Origin: Rhynchobatus australiae
Taxonomy: Eukaryota
Assembly (NCBI GenBank): GCA_034780895.1
Contig: JAUZTB010000033.1
Location: 31,275,894-31,339,893, forward strand
Length of the DNA stretch: 64,000 bases
Direction: 5' to 3'
Positions 1 to 9,829 of this stretch are shown here, piece after piece; position 1 is the stretch's first letter; each line of letters begins with the position of its first letter. The notes under the pieces were generated by a model. The model was not told the DNA's origin. It saw only the letters and a program-made list of their open reading frames with translations, and did no database searches. Both the position numbers and the translations under genes were made by a program.

Positions 1-256
1 GTAATGGGTGGGAAGTTCAAGGGAGATATCAGAGGGAGGTTTTTCACCCAGAGAGTGGTTGGTGCATGGAATGCGCTTCCTGGGGTGGTGGTGGAGGCTG
101 ATACTTTGGACAAGTTCAAGAGATTGTTAGATAAGCATATGGAGGAATTTAAAATAGGGGGATACGTGGGAGAAAGGGGTTAGATAGCCCGATGTGTGGT
201 TTAAAGGTCAGCACAACATTGTGGGCCGAAGGGCCTGTATTATGCTGTACTGTTCT
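1..256 (+). mobile_element. CR1-type LINE 3' end (runs off left edge)
   Basis: Typical CR1 ORF2 C-terminus (FFTQRVVGAWNALPGVVVEADTLDKFKRLLDKHM) followed by the 3' tail tgtgggccgaagggcctgt...tgctgtactgttct; near-identical tails recur at ~23510-23550 and (minus strand) ~52585-52680. Confidence 0.85.
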
Positions 257-325
257 TCAGTTCCAGTTACAATCAGTCAGCTACATTGGGCAGACCATGT
301 GCCCAACACCGGACTCATGCAATCG

Positions 326-447
326 ACAAGAGACTGCAGATGCTGGAATCTGGAGCAACACACAAAAAGCTGGGGGAACTCAGCGGGTCAGGCAACATCT
401 ATAGAGGGAAATGGAAAGTCGACGTGTCGGTCGAGACCCTGCATCCA
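326..447. repeat. Short interspersed repeat (ctgcagatgctggaatctggagcaa...ggaactcagcgggtcaggcaacatct family), likely derived from Penelope-like element termini
   Basis: The same motif recurs many times in the window in both orientations (~3070-3240, ~5520-5620, ~8050-8140, ~23930-24110, ~27519-27714, ~38670-38710, ~44790-44935, ~55380-55420, ~61575-61650). Confidence 0.7.
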
Positions 448-900
448 CGCTGGCCCCATTACAGAATAACAGCTTGCCATCACCCTCAGTTTGGCAATGT
501 ACTGGTCCCGTTTGCTCGGCCTTTCCTCCTGCAGGTCTAGGATTATGATCAGCAATCATTTATACAACAATCTAATTCTCACCGGCCCCCAAATTCAAAC
601 ACTCCTTTCATCATTTCAATTACACGAGAGCCAGGGGGGGAAAGTGGGGGAGATCGCGGGGACGGTTGATCAGCCTCCGAAACAACAGCCGGAGAGTGCA
701 AGTGGCTGCATCTATTCGGAGTGGCAGCCTTACAAATACGTTCATATTGAGTTGATGATCTCAATTAGAATCAAAATTGCAAGCGATCTGCCGGTTTGTT
801 CAACAACTCCCCTCGGATGCTCAAAGACCAGAGGAACATCCTATCTGCATGTCCTGCTGCCGCCGACTGAAGGCAGCCGAATCGATGGAGAAAAGCGCCG

Positions 901-977
901 GGTGCAGTGGCGTGCACTTGTAATCCTGCTGCCGGGAGGCTGAGGATGCAGATTGCTTGAGGGCGGGAGTTCTGGGC
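901..977 (+). promoter_or_regulatory. Internal Pol III A-box-like (GGTGCAGTGG, 901-910) and B-box-like (GAGTTCTGGGC, 967-977) elements of the 7SL gene
   Basis: Positionally equivalent to the internal A/B-box-like elements of vertebrate 7SL genes. Confidence 0.55.
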
Positions 978-1188
978 TGCAGCTGTCTGTGTGGAATGGG
1001 TGTCTGCACTCAGCGCAGTATCCACATGGCGATCTGAGGAGAACCTGAGGTCACCAGGTGGTTAAAGAGGGGTGAACCGGCCCAGGTCGGGAACGGAGCA
1101 GGCCAAAGCCCCTGTACTGTGCTGGAGTCAGGTGGCACCTGTGAATAGAGGCTGCAGTGCCGCCTGCCCAATACAGTGAGATGCATCC

Positions 1189-1192
1189 TTTT
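1189..1192 (+). terminator. Pol III terminator (T4) of 7SL gene
   Basis: TTTT directly after the 3' strand of the terminal helix (TGCATCC); no poly(A) tail follows. Confidence 0.7.
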
Positions 1193-2809
1193 CCTGCACT
1201 TAGAAAAGAAGTATGCACAATCAAATCCTCAAACCCTCCACAGACAGACAGCTGATCTATCCTGCTTACTCGATTTTCTCTCCCATACCAAATTTGTCAC
1301 CAAAACCAGCAGCCAAGTTATACAACAGCCAAACTCTCACCTGCAAATTATAGTATAATTATCACTTCATTGATCTATCACATTGCACGCTGCCTATGAT
1401 GTGTTCCCACTGTCACTGCTCCCTGCTGCTCACTGCAGATACTGCACTTAGAGATTCTCCAGTTCTGGTAATTATAATCTCCGTGGCCACATGAAGGCGC
1501 AATTTTCAATTTCCCCACTCCTCAACTGAACGCACCTCTCACTGAAGTTACTCTCAATAAAGTCAACTCTGCTTTTTACCCTTAAATTCTCCACCTTCTT
1601 CACAAGATTTTCACTGTTTATTAAAACTCTAGGAGTTCTGCCTGCCTTCATTCCATGACAAATATAGCTGTCAAAGGGCCAGTAAAACTTAGTTTAATTC
1701 CACTCCTTGAATTGTCTTCCAAAACTCTGTACTTTAACATTGTTGCTGCTAATCACACACCTTTAGAAAAAGGACACAGAGAAAGCAGGGTCTGTTAAAA
1801 AAAACAATTCCCCAAAACTGCCTTCCCCGCTTCTTTAAGTCCAAAAATGTGATGCTGTTGGAATTTTTATTGCAAATGTGACTCCCGGCAACAGCAGCAG
1901 GGCTACCCTTTTAACACAAACTTGCACACTCCTGCGATACTGCTGAGGACAAACCACGGTTTTCATTCTTAAACCTTCCACAGAACGCAACATGCTTATG
2001 TTCTATTTTCTTTCCCATGCCACGATTATTATCACAACCAGTTCTTACCAATCCGGTAACATTGGAGGTGGCCTCTGTGTGTCTCTACCCCATTGCCCTC
2101 ACTCGGGACGCTCTCTGCTGTTGGCTACAGACACAACATACACAAAACAGCCAGTTTCGATAACTGTGCTCACTACCAGCACGAGGGAGCGCGATTGCCT
2201 TTTCAAACTCCTCTCTTAAGCAGGATGCATCTTTTATCGCTAGTGTCTGATAGTTTTCTTTGACTTCATTCATTTATAAGGTTTTCACTCTACTCTCAGT
2301 CCTAAATTGCACACATCTCCCGTTACTTAGCAATCAGCTTCGTCCTTGCTTTTTCCTTTTATTTTGTTCATTCACAAGCCAAATCACTTAGGGAGCTCTG
2401 GAAGTTTTGGAATCCTTTTCTCCCCCACGACAGATGCAACTAAAAGGGAGAATGAGAAGAAACAAAATAAACTGCAGGGCACAGTTCTTAAAGGATAAGA
2501 GAACAGAGAGCTGCGGATGTACATCACAGTAGTTGAATGTCGCCAGGCAGGGTGAGAAGTGGTTAAAAAAAACTTCAGGGATCTTGGTGTTTCTGAATAC
2601 TTCCGAAGCACTGAGTACAAAACAAGGAAGTTGCAACAGTCCTGTCCTGGGCGCCACGCTTTAGAAAGGATGTAAAAAGCTCCAGAAAATCTTTTCCAGG
2701 GAAGAGATTCCCAAGGAAGAGATCTGGTTCCAGGGATATTCCTCATGTCACTTTTGGTTCACTTTTGAATTATTTTCAATTTTCTCCCCCTTCCCCAATG
2801 GGAACAGTA

Positions 2810-3005
2810 ATTCTCCACCTCCTGTGTCTAGCTTCGTCATGATTTCAAGTCATCGGATCTCCTTACAACCTTCTCTGCTCCAAAGAGAGCAACTCCATCT
2901 TCTGTTCACTCACTTAACTAAAGTCCCTCATTCCTGGAATCACCTTGGAAAATCTGCTCTGCACCTTCTCCAAAGCCTTTACATCCTTTTTTAAAGTGTG
3001 AGCAT
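2810..3005 (-). mobile_element. Degraded CR1 LINE fragment
   Basis: Minus-strand translation HTLKKDVKALEKVQSRFSKVIPGMRDFS is the CR1 ORF2 C-terminal motif. Confidence 0.7.
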
Positions 3006-3479
3006 AGTTCCTGCTCACTGTAAGGCAAAGGACTAATAGGTTACTAAAAACCAGAACAGAATAGAAGCTTGAGGAACTCAGCAGGACAGGCAGCACCTCT
3101 GGNNNNNNNNNNNNNNNNNNNNNNNNGCAGCACCTATGGGGGGAGGGGTAATGAACAGATGAAGGGTCTCAACCCAAAACATCAATGGTTTGTGTGTTGC
3201 TCCAGATTCCAACATCTACAGTCTTCCGTGTCTCCAGAATAAAAGCTTGCCTGCCCGCACAGTCAATGGCAACACTGCAAGTCCAAACTACTGCCTTCAT
3301 TCTTAAACCTTCCTTAGTCAGACACCACACTCATCTGGCTTACTCTAATTTTATCTTTCTCCTATCCAACATTCTCTCCACAACCAGCCTGAAAGAGAAC
3401 CTGGTGCAATGATTGTATCCCATCCTAATTTATTTGAGAATAAGTGGCTCTGAATCTAGTCAAACCTGAGATGCACCTC

Positions 3480-4125
3480 TGTCTATAAAGAAGCCTGCTG
3501 CACGTGTGTTGGTTTGATGGGACAAGGATCCTTGGAACCGTTCTATATCAGTAACTGCACTTTCCCATGTGATCAACCTTCTGAGTGAAAAGGGAGCATT
3601 TGTGTGACTACCCTGCACTGGGACTATTAGTACAGACACTGACTTGTCCTGTATGCCAGAGATTTCTTGCTTCACTCCAGTCGCACATGTAGGGTTTATT
3701 AATAGTGTAATGGTGTTATGGTGAAGGGGCAGTAAGGGGGTCAATGGAACAATTACATTATTATGTAGCATGGTTTGGGTATGATATCTACCCTTATCAG
3801 AACAACTAGCATAGTTTATGAAACAAGTTAACCAGTGACAAAAACTTCATAACACCCTAATGAATGCAGAAGTATAAACACATTTAGGAGGAGATCCCAC
3901 AATTGGGGGATATTGGTACGAATACTTAAATCCTTGGATTAGAACCTTGCCACATATTCCAATCATGGTGCAATTGGTCATTACTCATGGGTTGTCAATT
4001 GAGACCTTTCAAAAATGTCAAAAACAGAGACAGAAAACGTTGGCCAGATCCACTGCAAAGACAATTGCTAAGGACCAAAGGAAGAACCTGCTTCAGCCCA
4101 AAGAAGGAAGATTAAAAGATTAACA
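3480..4125 (+). pseudogene. Probable decayed endogenous retrovirus env fragment
   Basis: Frameshifted + strand peptides GSICVTT...CPV...EISCFTPVAHVG, then GGYWYEYLNPWIRTLPHIPIMVQLVIT (Trp-rich membrane-proximal stretch plus hydrophobic segment) followed by a basic tail and stop. Recognised by pattern only. Confidence 0.4.
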
Positions 4126-5974
4126 CTGTGAAAGGTGTTTTAAAGTAAAAGAGTTATCAAACATTGAACTTTGTTTTGTCTTATCAGACTTATTGACTCT
4201 TCTCATGTAGAGAAAGGAGTGTACTGTGTAACTACAACAGTAAAATCTCTTACCTTTGGAAATTATCTGACATGCACAATTATGCACCTAACATTTTATA
4301 TTCTGCCTACTTAGGATATCCTAATTGATAGGATATAGAATCCTTCAAAGAGCATTGATATATTTAACCAATTGCCAAATGTAAACATGGAAAAACATGT
4401 TAGCAAATTTAGCTCCGCTGTTGACTTGGCTGAAACTGAAGTCCAGGGTAAAATAACCTTAGTTATCTTGATGTCACCCAGTATGTACTATGGAAATAAA
4501 AATTAAATGGGGGAAGACATGCAAAACATCATATCTACACCATAGTGACACCAGTCATGGTACTGGTGGAAGATAATTGAGATAAATCCCTGGATAAAAG
4601 CTGTGTCCCATGTATTGGTTGTGATGCAATCAATCACTGTAATCTGCTGCTTCCATTAGTGAGAGAGAAATGAAGGCAGAAAAAGCAGCAGATGAAATTA
4701 ATGCACAAAGTTTTGGTTCAGCAGGAATGCATAAAGCTGGTTAGAAATGACTGTTGCCACTGAGAGGTCAGGTCATGAGCCACTTGGTGGCAGATTCTTG
4801 TCATGAATCCTGTAGCAAGAATGCATTTAACTCATGATAATCCAACATTGGCTAAGAATTGATCAAAATTTCTATCCCAGCATGTTATAATTAACCAAGG
4901 GATTTTTAATGAACATAAAATAGCATGTGAGATTGTAAGAAATGAGCTGTATTTCCTTCCCTGAACTCCTGTGCTGTGGACATCTGCATGACAAACTGAT
5001 CAATAAGTGAGGTAGCAATCTTGGTTCCACCAAGTCCAGATTCGTCCCCAAAACCTTTGGAAATGTGACTGCTCAAATTGGTTAGAAACTGAGCATATTT
5101 CTCATCAGAACACTCTTCTGTGATCATGGTTGAGACAGAAAACAGGATGTACTTCCCTTGAGACTTACAGCAAACAAAAGAGATTAAGGTAAAGGTGGTA
5201 CAGTTCAAGGGGTCACTGGGGGTGGTGGAGGTTACACATCATTCAAAGTGTTGCAGCTGTAACTTTGTACTACAAAATGAGAATTTGGGGCAAACATTAA
5301 CAACCTGGTAGAAGTTGCAGACAAGGTTGGTGCCCTGTACACATGGGAACAGATGCCTTCAAGTGATCATTCTGATGAGTTCAGTTTGAAATCATCTGGT
5401 GTTAAAGAGAGCTGTACATGTGAGTAATTTTTAAATTAAAAGGGCAGCTTACAAGAAATTAAGTTAGAGTGACGACCTACACAGACAGGAATAAATTCCA
5501 TTGAGCGACGCACATCGACTATCCCTCTGCCTCCACAGATGTTGTCTGACCCATTGAGGTCCTCTTGCAGTTTGTTATTTTTGCTCCAGATTCCAGCATC
5601 TGCAGTCTCTTGTGTCTTCAGCTTCCTTTGAATGATTACGAGAGTGAGTTAGGTTCAGAGTAAGAGTTAGAGAAAAGTACTTGTGAGATACATTACTATT
5701 TAATTCGGGAAAACTCATGAGAGTACAGAAATCATATTGGTCCATAGCATTTTATTGTATTTTATACCACATAATCTTTGTGAATTTCTTGTAATATCAA
5801 ATATTAAGTTACTTGCAGTACTTGAGTTTATTTCCTTTGTAGTATGTTCTCAATCTTAAGAAATTTTCAGAATAGTTCTGGGTTGCTCTGTTCTGTCTAA
5901 TTTTATCAAATTTTTTTGAACAAAAAAATTGTTCAAAATGAACTGATGATCTTAATTAAGACCAAAATTATAAG

Positions 5975-6105
5975 TGATAGAGTCATACAGTATAGAAACA
6001 AGCCCTTTGGCTGCAGTGGTCTATGCCGACCAAGATGCCCATCCAAGCTAGTTCCATTTGCCAGCGTTTGGCTGATAACCTTCCAGACCTTTCCTATCCA
6101 TGTAC
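5975..6105 (-). mobile_element. CR1 LINE 3' end fragment
   Basis: Reverse-complement of the CR1 3' tail (gtcatacagtatagaaacaagccctttggc...). Confidence 0.6.
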
Positions 6106-6864
6106 ATTTTCCCCTCTCAGGCCCGACATTATCACCACGACTTGTTGCAGAGCCTCGCACTCCATTTAACAACCAAATCCTCACCAGCCCTGACAAGCAC
6201 TCCCTTTATCATTAACACAACATTGGTCTTGTGTTGTTTGTGGCCTGCTCTTCTTTATCTCCATTTCATCTATCTCACTCTCCGTGCTCTCTGCTGCTAA
6301 CTGCAGTACTCACAGTCTCCATGTTCTGTAACTATACTCACTATGTCCACAAGAGAGTGCAATTGGCATTTTTGTGTTCTGCTCGATTCACTCTGAATTG
6401 GTATGCAGCTCCCATTGCAGTTAATCACCGCTGGTCCATCTCTTGCACTTTATTCTTTCTTTTTTTGTTCATTGACAAGCCAATCACCCTACGTTCCATC
6501 AGGGAGCTTGAGAAGTTTTGGTTCCCCTCGTTCCATGACAAATGCCACTGACGGAGCCACAACAACAATAGGGGAAGCAGGATTGGTGTGGTGCGTGACT
6601 GTGAAGGGCTCGAGAAAAATTGCTGTTGTTTATCATTTGTGATGCTGTTAATAACTCTATGAGAAGTTGAGCGTTTTTTTTTCTGGAGTCAACTGTACAA
6701 CAGCTTTAGCCTTTTCTATTTCTGACCTGGTGCCAAAACACCCCCCTTTAACCAGACATCTGACTTCAAGCTCTCCTCAGATCGTCACATGGACACTGCT
6801 CCGTGCAGAATCTGATTGACAGGGAGCAGCATCTCAGAATTGCTTTCCTCAAGCAACCCCACAT

Positions 6865-7130
6865 TATGACCATGTGGGTTTCCTCTAGGTGCTCCACTTT
6901 CCTCCCACATCTCAAAGATGTGCAGATTGGTAAGTTATTTGGTCATTGTAAATTGCACCTAGTATGTAGATGAGTGGTAGAATTTGGGGGGTGGGCGGTG
7001 GGTGGTTGATGAGAATATGAGGAGCATAATAAATAGGATTAATGTTGGATTAGTGTAAATGAGTGGTTGATGATTGGTGTAGACTCGGTGGGCCGAAGGG
7101 CCTATTTCTGTGCTGTCTCTCTCTATGACA
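6865..7130 (+). mobile_element. HE1-like V-SINE, 5'-truncated
   Basis: gggtttcctctaggtgctccactttcctcccacatctcaaagatgtg core and CR1-derived tail ggtgggccgaagggcctatttctgtgctgt; homologous to 33190-33425. Confidence 0.65.
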
Positions 7131-9829
7131 CATCCTTAACTTCCCAGAAGTAGGATCACAGTGTCATGCCCCTGCACCTGGTCATTATGTAGGCTGTTTC
7201 GGCTGCCTTCAGTTAACTTGGCAGCAGTTGCTTCACTATAGTTACTTACGTCATTATGTAATCCCTCTTAATCAATGTTATAGTGGAAATCTTTGCACAA
7301 ACTTGCACGTTGCTTGTTGTTAGACTATAATTAACAGCATCAGTGCAATTTAAGCAATTGCAAATTTCTTTTCTCAGGTTCACATTACTGATATATTCAG
7401 GCACAGCATGCTTCTACTCTTCGATATTCATGGAAACTGTATTATTCTATTAAAATTCCAGGCTATTTTATTATCATTACATCTCATTTGCCACAAAGAT
7501 TGCAGTGGATTGGGGCAAGGTGATTTGTTATCACAGTTTTCTGACTTTCCACCCCCACCCCACTCAGTTCTTCAAAGAGGATAAGGCACGGTCTGTGGAG
7601 ACAATGTATGTCCACAAATGCTTTCTGTGGTGGCCTTTTCCTTACAGTCAGTGTATGGCATGTAGCCACAATCAGAGACATTTACAGCACGAGGATATCG
7701 TTTGGCTCATTGTGTTAATGCCAAGCAAACATGAACATTAGTTTAATCCAAGCTCTCATTTCTCTATCCCTGGCCTTGTATTTATAACTCTAAGTGTTGA
7801 GAGTTTCTGTCTTCAGCTATAATTCTACAATCCAGATAGCATTGTTCAGGCATCTCCTCTCCAATACTTACAGAACTGTACACCATTCTGGAACTGTAGG
7901 CAAACTTCTGCTTTATACAATTCATGCATGATTTCCAAGTCTTGTCCAAAAAAGACAAGCATCCATATGCCTTATAACCCATCATATCTCACTGTCCTGG
8001 TATCTTCAGCGATCTGTGGACATGGAGTCTAACATCCCAGTCCTGGTTCAGGGTTTCAATCTGAATTGGCAGCCATCCCTTTGCCTCCACAGATGCCTCT
8101 TGACCCACTGAGTTCCTCCAGCAGTCTGTTGTTTTGCTCCAAATATCACTGTTCCCTCTCGACCTCATAGCATACTACCAATTACTGTACGTTTTCTTTA
8201 TTTGACTGCCCTGGATGCGGTACTTCACACTACAGATTTAATTCCACTTACCATTTTTGTATCAATCTAACCAGTCCATTGAGACCTTCCAGCAGTGTAG
8301 AACTCCCTTCCTTCATCATCAACCACGTTGCTCTTTTGGTATTTTTGATTTTTCAGCTATTGTCCCTTAAATTATATACACCATGAAAAGGGGCTTGATA
8401 TGGAGTCCTGCAGTTGCCTCCAGTCACTAAAACTTCCTTCAGCCATCATCATTTCCTTTCTCTCATCCATTTGATGTTGAATTTAAGATCAATTTTAATG
8501 CTGAACCTTAGAGTTTTCTTATTTTAATGCAGCTTGAAGACTAATTCAGGGAATGGAAATCAAACTAAAAGTTCAGCGAGGTCTCCATCAGTTGCATTTG
8601 TCGTGAAGGAAGTAGAGCTTGTATCTTGCATCTACTTGGTTGAATGCACTGAATGGCAAATGAATAAATGATGCAAGAGCAGAACCAGACTGAATAACTG
8701 CAGTCAGAGATGCACACAAAGTAGGAGAGAGCCAGCAGTGGAGGAGCAGCAGCAGAAGAAAATGCCCACTGTTTTTCTGGTGGCCATGGGGAATATAACA
8801 GAGGAAACTGGAAACTTTTGAGTGTGGTGGCTGCAGCTAAGAGAGCGAGGAAAGTGCAGGCATGAGACTGTTGAATTATGATGAAGATGAAGGAATGTCT
8901 GAATATGGTAACTTTGGCACCTGTAGAAATTATGAGTCCATTTGCTGCTAATTGCAATAAGATTGGATGTTGGATCAGGAGAAAGGGGGAGAGCCAGAAG
9001 GACAAGTGCGAAGAGCATCAGCAGAATTTTAGCAAGTGTTAATTTTGGCTAGTGGAAGCATTCTGTATTGTGTTATTCATTTAGAGGATGTGGGCATCAC
9101 TGGAAAGTTGAATAATCTTGTTTCAGTTTTCCCTTTGACTCCTGCCACTTCCTCCTTCCTATCTGGACATCCCTCCCTCCCCATCCAAACATTATCAGAG
9201 TTATACAGTACAGAAACAGGCCCTTCAGCCCACCATATCTATACTGACCATCAAGTCCCATTTATACTAATCTCATTTACCGGCACTTGGATCGCAGCCT
9301 ATTATGCCTTGCNNNNNNNNNNNNNNNNNNNNNNNNNNNNNNNNNNNNNNNNNNNNNNNNNNNNNNNNNNNNNNNNNNNNNNNNNNNNNNNNNNNNNNNN
9401 NNNNNNNNNNNNNNNNNNNNNNNNNNNNNNNNNNNNNNNNNNNNNNNNNNNNNNNNNNNNNNNNNNNNNNNNNNNNNNNNNNNNNNNNNNNNNNNNNNNN
9501 NNNNNNNNNNNNNNNNNNNNNNNNNNNNNNNNNNNNNNNNNNNNNNNNNNNNNNNNNNNNNNNNNNNNNNNNNNNNNNNNNNNNNNNNNNNNNNNNNNNN
9601 NNNNNNNNNNNNNNNNNNNNNNNNNNNNNNNNNNNNNNNNNNNNNNNNNNNNNNNNNNNNNNNNNNNNNNNNNNNNNNNNNNNNNNNNNNNNNNNNNNNN
9701 NNNNNNNNNNNNNNNNNNNNNNNNNNNNNNNNNNNNNNNNNNNNNNNNNNNNNNNGACTTCTTACACATATCATTCCAGTACCTACTGGACATAAAGAGC
9801 AAAACCCAAGTCAGAAGATACAAAACCAT

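Larger units (their letters stand above)
897..1192 (+). ncRNA. RN7SL: 7SL RNA / signal recognition particle (SRP) RNA, divergent variant
   Basis: Starts GCCGGGTGCAGTGGCGTGCACTTGTAATCCTGCTGCCGGGAGGCTGAGG (Alu domain). Contains the near-invariant S-domain segment GAGGGGTGAACCGGCCCAGGTCGGGAACGGAGCAGGCCAAA and CCTGTGAATAG. Length ~296 nt, ending in a TTTT Pol III terminator; helices base-pair. Confidence 0.93.

Noticed and set aside
491-1025. ORFs 491-943 (+), 771-1025 (-) and 821-1009 (-) as protein genes
   Set aside because: No recognisable domains or splice context; they overlap the GC-rich 7SL locus and are best explained as chance ORFs.
897-1192. Primate Alu element or human contamination
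   Set aside because: It contains the full S domain (helices 6 and 8) that Alus lack, has no A-rich linker or tail, and is embedded among elasmobranch-type repeats; it is a 7SL gene.
8565-9018. 146-aa hydrophobic minus-strand ORF resembling a membrane protein
   Set aside because: It is the reverse complement of a purine-rich tract, which yields Phe/Leu/Ser-rich translations by composition; no splice sites or homology recognised.
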